A stretch of 58,184 nt of DNA, taken from positions 1 through 58,184 of the IMG/VR virus record IMGVR_UViG_3300025862_000141, one strand, 5' to 3'. Made by a program: the position numbers and the translations under genes. Numbering within the stretch: the stretch's first letter is position 1; every line of letters begins with the position of its first letter. The notes beneath the pieces were generated by a model. The model saw only the letters and a program-made list of their open reading frames with translations, did not search any database and was not told the DNA's origin. Origin of the DNA: a virus. Lineage: Duplodnaviria > Caudoviricetes. Of the stretch, positions 8,642-16,906 are shown piece after piece.

Positions 8642-9031
8642 ATGAAAACGTATCAGATCACAGTTACGGAAGAACAAGCGGAGATCTTGTCTCGGGCCTG
8701 TGAACTCATAGCGCGGTGTAACATGCCTATGTCAACGCCACGAGGATTGCGGTCTACGCAGATAGCCGAAGATTTGGTTCGTCGTGTGGAATATCCAGAC
8801 GGTGGTATGGATAAGTTACGTGAAGCATTTTCATATGTTATTGATTTTTATAAAGTGAACCATAATGATGCTTTTGATATGTATCAGGTCATTCGTCATA
8901 GATTGGCGTATGACCGTCTTAAGCCAGGAGAAAAACCTGGGGTTACGGTTGATTACCAGGAACCGTTTCGGATGGGGGCACAACCGTTGGCGAAAATTGA
9001 ATGTGTTGATGAGAGGGTCAATGCCAAATAA
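8642..9031 (+). CDS. Hypothetical protein
   Basis: MKTYQITVTEEQAEILSRACEL...YQVIRHRLA; 129 aa. Confidence 0.65.
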   Translation: MKTYQITVTEEQAEILSRACELIARCNMPMSTPRGLRSTQIAEDLVRRVEYPDGGMDKLREAFSYVIDFYKVNHNDAFDMYQVIRHRLAYDRLKPGEKPGVTVDYQEPFRMGAQPLAKIECVDERVNAK

Positions 9032-9206
9032 GTTAAAGCCGTATCCAACATGGGTATGTCATAGTTGTGGGACACATGAACGTAAATGTTTGGTTCTTTG
9101 TGCAACTTATCATATGGGTATCTGTGACGTTTGTGGGGAGCGAAAAGTGGTAACGCAACCGCGTGATTTTGGATACCCAAAATTTGTAGGATATGCTTAT
9201 CCATGA
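9021..9206 (+). CDS. Small zinc-ribbon protein
   Basis: GAGGG then ATG 9021; WVCHSCG...TYHMGICDVCG...TQPRDFG. Confidence 0.6.
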   Translation: MPNKLKPYPTWVCHSCGTHERKCLVLCATYHMGICDVCGERKVVTQPRDFGYPKFVGYAYP

Positions 9207-9327
9207 AATCGAAGGAATCCAAAAACCTATGTTCTATTTGTCATTGTAACGAGGTCACAAGACCATTTGATGAATGCTTGAACTGTTTTTTGATTTATGG
9301 TCATAAACAAACTAAGGAGAATGAATA

Positions 9328-9567
9328 ATGAGATTGATCGATATTAAAGACCTACCTAGCCGTGGCGCAAAGAAACCTAAATACGTGAGTTTGATCCTAA
9401 AGGCCATTGATGTTTGTCCCATGGGTAAAGCGCATGAACTTGGTAAAGCTATGCAGGTTATTAGCATGAAAAAATCGTTGGCCTATGTCCAAGCTAAAGA
9501 CCCAAAAACGTCCGCGTACAAAATCATTACACGTGGTGGTAGTACCTGGTTGGTCGGCGGCGAATAA
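9328..9567 (+). CDS. Small basic protein, possibly DNA-binding
   Basis: TAAGGAG Shine-Dalgarno; Lys/Arg-rich. Confidence 0.6.
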   Translation: MRLIDIKDLPSRGAKKPKYVSLILKAIDVCPMGKAHELGKAMQVISMKKSLAYVQAKDPKTSAYKIITRGGSTWLVGGE

Positions 9568-9615
9568 AGTAGGCATGTGTCGGGAAGGTTGTGGACTTCC
9601 CGACTGAGGGGGAAT

Positions 9616-11445
9616 ATGAAGTACGCATCTGTCTGTTCTGGTATTGAAGCAGCCAGCGTAGCGTGGATTCCATTGGGGTGGACATGTTCTTGGCTCGCCG
9701 AAATAGATCCGGTCTGTTGTGCCGTTTTAAAACACCGATATCCTGAAACACCGAATCTTGGCGACATGGAGCACATACATGAAAAAGAAGAATTCAAACG
9801 AGGATCAGTTGACGTTCTCATTGGGGGGCCACCCTGCCAGTCCTTCTCAGTCGCTGGACTTAGAAAAGGAATGGATGATCCGCGTGGTAACTTGTCGCTC
9901 GTCTATCTTAGAGTTGTTGACAAATTACGCCCCCGCTGGTTGGTCTACGAAAATGTTCCCGGTCTTTTATCCAGCTGGTCAGATGCGAAGGAAAGTTTCA
10001 CGCCCGATCATATCGAAGGAGACAATGACGGAAACGCTTACGGACGAGCAACAGAATCAGGATGGCAAACTAACAATTTTGATACCTTCACCAGTGGACT
10101 TTCAGAACTCGGGTACGGGTGGTCCTGGGCAATTTATGACGCACAATTTTTTGGAGTGGCCCAACGACGCCGTCGTATCTTCCTTGTCGGACATATTAGT
10201 GGTGAATCAAAATATCCCTTCGCAGTATTATCTCAGTTCACGAGCTTGCAAGGGAATTCTGCGCCGAGCCGAACGCAGGGGCAAAAAGTTACCGGAACCC
10301 TTGAGGCTCGCACTCGAAGCGGTGGGGGACTCGGAGACATAGAATTTGATGGTGGATTAATAGCCAATACCATAACGACTAGAGAAGGGCATCATGGGGA
10401 ACCTAGTATGGAAACATTAATACCGTTAATGTCGCCGGCATTGAAAGCACGAGATTATAAAGGACCGTTTAGCGATGGTACTGGTGACGGTGCGCCATTG
10501 ATACCGTGTATTGTTCCAACATTGACAGGAAATGCCGCTGGTGATAGGCCGAGTGATTATGCGCCTATGGTTTTTCAAAATGAAGGAGAACAACAGGCTA
10601 CAGCACATAAAGGAAACGCCGCTAAAGCATTGCGATTACTGCGGGATCAAGTTGGAGAGGAAACGTTTTCCAAATGGGGACTTGGAATCCTTATTTCACT
10701 TTATCCATCGGAAGTATTGCGATCAAAAATGTATGGGTTTAATGTTCGACAGCCGACCGAGCCAAAGCACGGATTGGTCAACTACACATTATCACGCACG
10801 GAAATTGGTTCCGGCTGGCCTATGCGAGGAATGTGGGAAGCCGGATGCGACGGATGTCCACCACAAGGATGGAAACCATCAGAACAACTTGCGCTCGAAC
10901 TTGGAACGTATTTGTCGGAGTTGCCACAATCGCCATCATCGGCAGAAAGGTTTATGCAAGATTTGTGGGATTCCGCAGAAGGGACGAGGGTACTGCGTCA
11001 AACACTTGGTACGTTTCAAAAAATATGGAGATCCATTACTGACCAAGGACAATCAGTTTACTCCGATAAGAAAGGAGACGGAGTTGAATCCAGTCAGGAT
11101 ATGCAAGGTGATAGGGTGCTTGGGGAAATACCATGCGAACGGGTATTGCGGGAAACATGCGATATAGGCGTTGAGAGGAAAATTGGGAAAGGTAGCTTTG
11201 ACAAGAAGCGAAGCTTCAAAGAATGTTTGGGAAACCAGACGTTTAAAGTAAGACGATTGGTAGTGGAAGAAACGGAAGCATTACAAGGATTTCCAAGAGG
11301 GTATACGTTGGTTCCATATCGGGGTAAGTTCGCAAGTGATTCTGTTCGATACAAAGGTATAGGTAACAGTTTTGCTGTACCAGTCGTGGCCTGGATTGGT
11401 AAGAGGATTCAAATGGTTGAAGATATTATGAATGAGTTGAAATGA
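9616..11445 (+). CDS. DNA (cytosine-5) methyltransferase, 609 aa, with an enlarged variable region
   Basis: Motif I (SVCSGIEA), IV (GGPPCQSFS), VI (ENVPG), VIII (AQRRRRIF), IX (RRLVVEETEALQGFP) and X (GNSFAVPV); GAGGGGG upstream of ATG 9616. Confidence 0.95.
   Translation: MKYASVCSGIEAASVAWIPLGWTCSWLAEIDPVCCAVLKHRYPETPNLGDMEHIHEKEEFKRGSVDVLIGGPPCQSFSVAGLRKGMDDPRGNLSLVYLRVVDKLRPRWLVYENVPGLLSSWSDAKESFTPDHIEGDNDGNAYGRATESGWQTNNFDTFTSGLSELGYGWSWAIYDAQFFGVAQRRRRIFLVGHISGESKYPFAVLSQFTSLQGNSAPSRTQGQKVTGTLEARTRSGGGLGDIEFDGGLIANTITTREGHHGEPSMETLIPLMSPALKARDYKGPFSDGTGDGAPLIPCIVPTLTGNAAGDRPSDYAPMVFQNEGEQQATAHKGNAAKALRLLRDQVGEETFSKWGLGILISLYPSEVLRSKMYGFNVRQPTEPKHGLVNYTLSRTEIGSGWPMRGMWEAGCDGCPPQGWKPSEQLALELGTYLSELPQSPSSAERFMQDLWDSAEGTRVLRQTLGTFQKIWRSITDQGQSVYSDKKGDGVESSQDMQGDRVLGEIPCERVLRETCDIGVERKIGKGSFDKKRSFKECLGNQTFKVRRLVVEETEALQGFPRGYTLVPYRGKFASDSVRYKGIGNSFAVPVVAWIGKRIQMVEDIMNELK
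9779..10342 (+). CDS. Nested +1-frame protein inside the C5 methyltransferase gene (accessory or beta-subunit-like, 187 aa)
   Basis: GGAG 7 nt before ATG 9779; ends in SLSDIL...PSQYYLSSRACKGILRRAERRGKKLPEPLRLAL, a pattern I recognise from alternative-frame products of phage C5 methyltransferases. Confidence 0.7.
   Translation: MKKKNSNEDQLTFSLGGHPASPSQSLDLEKEWMIRVVTCRSSILELLTNYAPAGWSTKMFPVFYPAGQMRRKVSRPIISKETMTETLTDEQQNQDGKLTILIPSPVDFQNSGTGGPGQFMTHNFLEWPNDAVVSSLSDILVVNQNIPSQYYLSSRACKGILRRAERRGKKLPEPLRLALEAVGDSET
10580..11167 (+). CDS. HNH endonuclease nested in the +1 frame of the C5 methyltransferase gene (~195 aa)
   Basis: CDYCG...RKYCDQKC zinc finger; CEECG...DVHHKDGNHQNN..SNLERICRSCHNRHH HNH core; two C..C...GYC.KH modules. 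Confidence 0.85.
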   Translation: MKENNRLQHIKETPLKHCDYCGIKLERKRFPNGDLESLFHFIHRKYCDQKCMGLMFDSRPSQSTDWSTTHYHARKLVPAGLCEECGKPDATDVHHKDGNHQNNLRSNLERICRSCHNRHHRQKGLCKICGIPQKGRGYCVKHLVRFKKYGDPLLTKDNQFTPIRKETELNPVRICKVIGCLGKYHANGYCGKHAI

Positions 11446-11585
11446 AATTCTTAAAATTTATCCGACAGTTTTGGCATGACTTAAAAAATCCGATGTGTGT
11501 TAAATGTGGTCATTATCATTGGGCTATTTTTGGATTCTGTTGTGACTGCGATTGTGAACCTCCATGGTTTTATAGGGTGAAATAA
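11442..11585 (+). CDS. 47-aa Cys/His microprotein (not in the ORF track)
   Basis: ATGA overlap upstream and TAATG overlap downstream; CVKCGHYH...CCDCDC. Confidence 0.55.
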   Translation: MKFLKFIRQFWHDLKNPMCVKCGHYHWAIFGFCCDCDCEPPWFYRVK

Positions 11586-13162
11586 TGTCAATAACCATAA
11601 AAGTTTTGAACGTTACGAGTACGATTCATGGATTGACCAACGAACAACAGGCATGGGTAGACAATGCGCTTTCGTTTTTTGTTAAAGGCGCACAGTTTAG
11701 TTCTGCTTATAGAAAAAATCGGTGGGATGGACGAACGCGGTTGTATAAAGGTGCTACCGCTGCGGCACCCTTTGGCAAGTTTAGTACAGGGTTATTGTCG
11801 CGGGTTCTGACTGTATTAGCAGACAAGTGTCCTGGGGTAGAGGTGAATGTGATTGATGAACGATTACACCCCGAACGTAATCAACCGATACCGTTAGTAG
11901 GTGGTATAGAGTTACGTGATTACCAATTGGATACGTTGAAGTCAGCACTTGAACGTGGGCGAGGTATTTATCGTCTGCCGACAGCTGGGGGAAAAACTCT
12001 GATTGAAGCTGTGGTTATGGGAACCTTGAATGTTCCAACATTAGTCTTGAGTCATCGAGTGGATATTATGATGTATTTGAAAGAAGAGTTTGAGCGTGTG
12101 TTAGGTGTGCCCATTGGACTTATTCAAGGAACCACCAAGGAATTACGTAAATTTAATGTAGGCATGATCCAAACGATTTCAAACTGTTTTGATAAAAGTG
12201 CGACGGATGAAAAGGCCAAAGCCGTCACGGATTTTATTACGGAGTATTGCCAGTGTCTTATCGTGGATGAAGCGCATCACGCGATCAGCGACCAGTACGT
12301 TGCTTTATTTAATAGAGCCTATGCGAGCTTCTATCGCCTGGGCTTTTCGGCCACGCCATTTCGTGGTGGTGATGAAGACATGATGGTAGAAGCGGGATTA
12401 GGCAAGTTGCAGTTGAGCATGACACCATCAGATCTTATTAAGCAAGGTAGACTTGCCAAGCCATATATTTTCTTTGTGGATTATGGGGACACGTCTAAAG
12501 CTGTTGAAGAAGTGGTCAAATGTCACGATTGTCAAAATGATGTCCTTAGTCGAGAAATTCGGCCTATGGCGGCCGAAATGGAACGTACGGTGTGGGTATG
12601 TACTCAATGTAAAAAGCAATGGACGCTTTACATGGACAACATGGAACGCAACTTGGTTCGCAACGCAAAGCGTAATAAAGTCATAGTGGCGTTAGCGCAA
12701 CGCGAAGTACGAAAGAGACGATCTGTACTTATTGCAGTGACACATATTGCACATGGGCAAATTCTTACTGATGCGTTGTGTAAAGTGATTGATCCGGCAT
12801 TAGTGATGTTTGCACATGGTGAGACGGAAAATCGTCACGATATTTTAGAGAAATTAAGGAATAAGGAATTGCTGGTTGTCGTCCATACCAATATCTTCAA
12901 CGAAGGAATAAATTTGCAAAATCTGAACACTTTGATCACGGCAAAATCAAGTGATAGTCCGATTGACATTATCCAGTTGGCAGGACGTGTGTTGCGCCGA
13001 GCTAAAGGAAAAACAAAGACTGTTATTATTGATTTTCTTGATAAATCCAAACCATTTAGTGCGCGGAGTAAGCATCGGCAAGAATTGTTGGGAGCAGAGT
13101 CTGAATACGTTATCAAGCAATGGAAATATTCACCGAAAAAGAAAGAAAAGGTGTTGGCATGA
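11585..13162 (+). CDS. Superfamily 2 DEAH helicase (UvsW/ResIII-like) with a zinc-ribbon insert
   Basis: LRDYQ, LPTAGGKT, IVDEAHH, GFSATPFR, EGINL and QLAGRVLR motifs. Confidence 0.92.
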   Translation: MSITIKVLNVTSTIHGLTNEQQAWVDNALSFFVKGAQFSSAYRKNRWDGRTRLYKGATAAAPFGKFSTGLLSRVLTVLADKCPGVEVNVIDERLHPERNQPIPLVGGIELRDYQLDTLKSALERGRGIYRLPTAGGKTLIEAVVMGTLNVPTLVLSHRVDIMMYLKEEFERVLGVPIGLIQGTTKELRKFNVGMIQTISNCFDKSATDEKAKAVTDFITEYCQCLIVDEAHHAISDQYVALFNRAYASFYRLGFSATPFRGGDEDMMVEAGLGKLQLSMTPSDLIKQGRLAKPYIFFVDYGDTSKAVEEVVKCHDCQNDVLSREIRPMAAEMERTVWVCTQCKKQWTLYMDNMERNLVRNAKRNKVIVALAQREVRKRRSVLIAVTHIAHGQILTDALCKVIDPALVMFAHGETENRHDILEKLRNKELLVVVHTNIFNEGINLQNLNTLITAKSSDSPIDIIQLAGRVLRRAKGKTKTVIIDFLDKSKPFSARSKHRQELLGAESEYVIKQWKYSPKKKEKVLA

Positions 13163-13737
13163 AACTTGAAGGTACTGCCCTCATCGAAGTTATTAAAAAG
13201 GCAGAATGGCGATTCTGGGCAGGTGTTTACGAAAAATCTGACTCTGAGTGTTGGTTGTGAACTAAATCGGTAAATACCTCTGGATATGGTAATTTACGAA
13301 TAGCGGATAAACTTATGCAGGCGCACCGTGTCTGTTTCGTATTGGTGTATGGTTTTTTACCAGAAGTTGTTATGCATTCGTGTGATAACCCACCATGTTG
13401 TAATCCAGGGCATCTTAAGGCAGGTACGAAGGCATTGAATAGCGCAGATAAAATAGCAAAGGGCAGACAGGTTTATGTTTTTGGTGACCAAAATCCATCA
13501 CGGATGCATCCTGAACGATTATCATGTGGGGATACGCATTATGCACGGACTAATCCAGAATTACTTTGTCGTGGTGAATCCCATCCTGCAACATCATTTA
13601 CGGAAGAAAAAATAAGAGAAATTCGCCAAAGATACGTGCCAGGAATGGTTTCTTATTTGATATTAGCTAAAGAGTATAACGTGGGTATGTCAACGATTGC
13701 TCGGATTATTAAACGAAAGGTTTGGAAACATGTTTAA
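13159..13737 (+). pseudogene. HNH homing endonuclease with an in-frame TGA (13258-13260)
   Basis: ATG 13159 (ATGA overlap): ...RFWAGV....ECWL*TKSVNTSGYG...AHRV...MHSCDNPPCCNPGHL; the stop sits at the second Trp of the usual CWxW motif. Confidence 0.8.
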
Positions 13738-15505
13738 ACACGAAATAAAATTAAAGATAGCACATGATTTTTATTTACCCGCAGAATCTGCCACACAGAC
13801 GTTCGGAATTTTAGCTATCAGAGGAAGTGGTAAAACCTACACGGCATCTGTCCTTGCTGAAGAAATGCTTGAAGCTAATCTTCCTATTGTGGTGTTGGAT
13901 CCGACCGGAGCATGGTGGGGGTTACGGGCTGATGCTGATGGTAAAGGGCCTGGGTATCCGATTGTAGTTATGGGTGGGGATCATGGCGATGTTCCGTTAG
14001 AATCAACTGCCGGCGAAGTGTTGGCCGATTTTGTAGTTGAAGAACGGCAATCGGTGGTTTTGGACATGTCACATTTCCGTAAAGGTGAACGCGCACGGTT
14101 TGTAACTGACTTTTGCGAAAAACTCTATTTGAAGAACCGCAAGGCGTTGCATTTGTTCATAGATGAAGCTGATTCGTTCGCGCCACAGAGACCGATGCAT
14201 GGTGAAGAACGTATGTTGGGTGCTCTTGAAGATATTGTGAGACGTGGGCGTATCCGTGGTCTTGGTGTGACTTTGATCACCCAACGGTCAGCGGTTATAA
14301 ATAAGGACGTATTGAGCCAGGTTGAAGTTTTAATTGCGCTACGCACCATAGGTTCACATGATCGCGCGGCTATAGATGTTTGGACCGAAGCGCATGGCAC
14401 TAAAGAGCAACGAGATTTGATGATGAGTTCGTTAGCGTCGTTGCCTAAGGGCACGGCTTGGTTTTGGAGTCCAGGGTGGCTGGATGAGTTTAAGAAGATT
14501 GAGATCCGTAAGCGGCGAACGTTTAATTCCTCGGCTACGCCAAAGGTTGGAGAACGGGTTATTGAACCACGTAAACTGGCTGATGTGGACTTGGTGGCCC
14601 TTACTAAACGTATTGCGGATACGGTTGAGCGCGTCAAGGCGACGGATCCAGTAGAATTGCGGCGGCGTATTGTGGAGTTGGAAAAGCAAATAAAAATTGG
14701 ATCTGTTCCTATTTTACAGACAGTTAAGGAAGTAGCCAAACCCAAGACCATTGAGGTTTCTGTTTTCAAAGATAAGCATGTAGACCGACTTGAGAAAATG
14801 ACTTCCAAAATGGCGGTAGCACTTGAGCATATGATTTCTTTGCTCACCAAACATTATCGCATGGTAAACCAGTCACCGCTGAGGATAAAACGAGAGAAGT
14901 TATATCCCGATGGTGTATTAGGAATACCACCAGAACGTCCACATAATATGATATCAGTTGAACTGGCAAAGATAAAAGGTTATCCAAATTTCTCTAGGAT
15001 AAAAACGGGAGACGCTATTATTTTTGATGCAGACACATTGGGGGCCGATTTATCTAAAGCTGAACGATGGATATTGACAGTTTTAGCACAACATCCTGGT
15101 GGGCGTACAAAGGCACAGGTGGCCTTAATTGCGGGCTACGCGGTCAAAGGTGGTGGCTTTCTCAATGCTATAGGGGCATTAGTTACAAAGGGGTTTATTA
15201 CGCGACAGGGTGGCGATTTACTCATGATTACTGGACGTGGGCAAGCAAATATTGGAAATGTGGTTCCATTGCCTACTGGTAAAGCGTTGGTAGATCATTG
15301 GTTAAGTAAACTTGGTAAAGCTGAACGGTCTATTCTTCAGTATTTGACCAATAATTTTCCGAATGAGTTTACAAAAGAAGCTATAGCAGCGGGATCTGGC
15401 TATGAGGTTAAGGGCGGTGGTTTTTTGAACGCGCTTGGGCGATTACGAACATTAGAACTTATTGAAGGGCGTAATGAGATTAGAGCCAGCGAGAACTTGT
15501 TTTAG
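13730..15505 (+). CDS. HerA/DUF87-like P-loop ATPase with tandem C-terminal winged-HTH-like repeats
   Basis: AIRGSGKT, VLDPTG, LFIDEAD, GRIRGLG and ITQRS motifs; duplicated L.KAER.IL...GY.VKGGGFLNA.G.L. Confidence 0.85.
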   Translation: MFKHEIKLKIAHDFYLPAESATQTFGILAIRGSGKTYTASVLAEEMLEANLPIVVLDPTGAWWGLRADADGKGPGYPIVVMGGDHGDVPLESTAGEVLADFVVEERQSVVLDMSHFRKGERARFVTDFCEKLYLKNRKALHLFIDEADSFAPQRPMHGEERMLGALEDIVRRGRIRGLGVTLITQRSAVINKDVLSQVEVLIALRTIGSHDRAAIDVWTEAHGTKEQRDLMMSSLASLPKGTAWFWSPGWLDEFKKIEIRKRRTFNSSATPKVGERVIEPRKLADVDLVALTKRIADTVERVKATDPVELRRRIVELEKQIKIGSVPILQTVKEVAKPKTIEVSVFKDKHVDRLEKMTSKMAVALEHMISLLTKHYRMVNQSPLRIKREKLYPDGVLGIPPERPHNMISVELAKIKGYPNFSRIKTGDAIIFDADTLGADLSKAERWILTVLAQHPGGRTKAQVALIAGYAVKGGGFLNAIGALVTKGFITRQGGDLLMITGRGQANIGNVVPLPTGKALVDHWLSKLGKAERSILQYLTNNFPNEFTKEAIAAGSGYEVKGGGFLNALGRLRTLELIEGRNEIRASENLF

Positions 15506-15514
15506 AGGGATGTT

Positions 15515-15868
15515 ATGGCAAGAACAATACGATTTCGCGCGTGGGATAAACAAGATGCAAAGATGCTTATATGGGGAGTACACACAGGTTATATAAAAGA
15601 CGCTATGCCAGATGACATGGGTGATGAATGGATTGAAAGATGTGAGTTGATGCAATTCACTGGTCTTATTGATGTAGCGGGAAATCGTATTTACGAATCA
15701 GATATTATTCGTGATAGGACGGGTAATCATTACGAAGTAAAGTATGACGATGGTCAATGGTGGGCACCGCTGGGTCTGGATACTAGTTATATAGGCCGAA
15801 ATGACTGTGTGGTTATTGGCAATGTGTATGAGAATTCTGAATTATTGAATTTGGCTAAGGTGCCCTAA
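15515..15868 (+). CDS. YopX-family phage protein
   Basis: IRFRAWD...LMQFTGLID..G..IYESDI...VIGNVYENSELL. Confidence 0.9.
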   Translation: MARTIRFRAWDKQDAKMLIWGVHTGYIKDAMPDDMGDEWIERCELMQFTGLIDVAGNRIYESDIIRDRTGNHYEVKYDDGQWWAPLGLDTSYIGRNDCVVIGNVYENSELLNLAKVP

Positions 15869-16407
15869 TGGTTGCGCTCATTTTTGATTGTGATTGCAAA
15901 ACGTGTGATGGCGGGATAGTCTCTGGAAAAGATGAACATGGGCATATGCGATTTGGTGGGAGTCATTGTGTTTGTTCTTGTCATGAGCGTGAACGCGTGT
16001 TGCGTCAGGAAATTGAAGTCATGAAAGCTAAGACTGCTGATTGGTTAGCGGCACCACGAATCATAACGGCAAAAGCCCATGAGAATAAAAAGTTGCGTGA
16101 GGAAATTGAACGGTTAGAAGCCAGAATTAAAGAGTTAGAAGCTGCTGATTTTTGGAAAGATATCGTGGTTAAAGATGGTGAGTTGGATGTGGCACAGGTT
16201 AAATTGGAATTGGAAGATTATCACCAGATTTTGGAAAACGTACCTAAAGTATATGACATGGTTACAGGTGGATTATTGAGCAAGCCTAATTACGAAGCTG
16301 AAGTAGTCATTGCTGCGTTTAATGATTATGTGGAGAGGGAACGAGAGCAAGCGTTTGAGGAAGGTAGAAAAGCAGCGCAGGAACCTGTTGATATGGAAAA
16401 TCCATGA
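15868..16407 (+). CDS. Hypothetical coiled-coil protein
   Basis: TAATG overlap; Cys-rich N-terminus. Confidence 0.65.
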   Translation: MVALIFDCDCKTCDGGIVSGKDEHGHMRFGGSHCVCSCHERERVLRQEIEVMKAKTADWLAAPRIITAKAHENKKLREEIERLEARIKELEAADFWKDIVVKDGELDVAQVKLELEDYHQILENVPKVYDMVTGGLLSKPNYEAEVVIAAFNDYVEREREQAFEEGRKAAQEPVDMENP

Positions 16408-16598
16408 TTGATAAAAATTGTCCGAATTGTAAACATCCAATAGAATTGTGGGTTGAAAATTTTAAAGGGAGTAATACTCAAATTCTTAGGGTGACGCATT
16501 TTGAATCTGGGTCAAATCATTGTTTTACGGAAGACACACAGTTGTCTCCGAAAGTAGGTAGTATCACAGATCCGCAAACGGAGCAAACAAAACCATGA
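16404..16598 (+). CDS. Small zinc-binding protein
   Basis: CPNC...H...HC; ATGA overlaps at both ends. Confidence 0.55.
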   Translation: MIDKNCPNCKHPIELWVENFKGSNTQILRVTHFESGSNHCFTEDTQLSPKVGSITDPQTEQTKP

Positions 16599-16906
16599 CT
16601 GACAACGAAATTGATGAAGCGGTGGCGAGGAAACTGGGTATCCAAGACCCCCCTCGGTGTGATGGTGTTGGACACGAGAACTGTCTTCAATATCACTGGC
16701 CGTTTTATTCAACCGAAATTGCTACGGCGTGGAAAATTGTGGAATTTATAAAAGCAAAAGGTGATGATTCAGAATATTTTTGTTTAGAAGGTTTCTTTTC
16801 TGGAAAATACCATTGTCAGTTTGATAATGATTCTGTTGAGGACGACACAGTACCCAGGGTAATTTGCCGCGCATTTTTAAAATTGGACGAAGAAGCAAAA
16901 CCATGA
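16595..16906 (+). CDS. Phage ABA-sandwich-like protein
   Basis: EIDEAVARKLG...PFYSTEIATAWKIVE...PRVICRAFLK. Confidence 0.75.
   Translation: MTDNEIDEAVARKLGIQDPPRCDGVGHENCLQYHWPFYSTEIATAWKIVEFIKAKGDDSEYFCLEGFFSGKYHCQFDNDSVEDDTVPRVICRAFLKLDEEAKP

Noticed and set aside
10833-11042. Third-frame ORF inside the methyltransferase/HNH overlap
   Set aside because: Only 69 aa, no motif and no convincing ribosome-binding site; consistent with chance.
10550-11250. Intein explaining the methyltransferase insert
   Set aside because: No Cys/Ser start block, TxxH or terminal His-Asn in the methyltransferase frame, and the nuclease is in a different frame. An intron cannot be fully excluded by eye.
2299-13260. 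Genome-wide TGA recoding
   Set aside because: TGA ends many conserved genes at the expected place, often in ATGA overlaps (for example 11445, 13162, 20562, 31453), so the two in-frame TGAs are local events.
14125-14850. 241-aa minus-strand ORF and the other minus-strand ORFs in the track
   Set aside because: They are antisense shadows of well-supported + strand genes and show no recognisable motifs.
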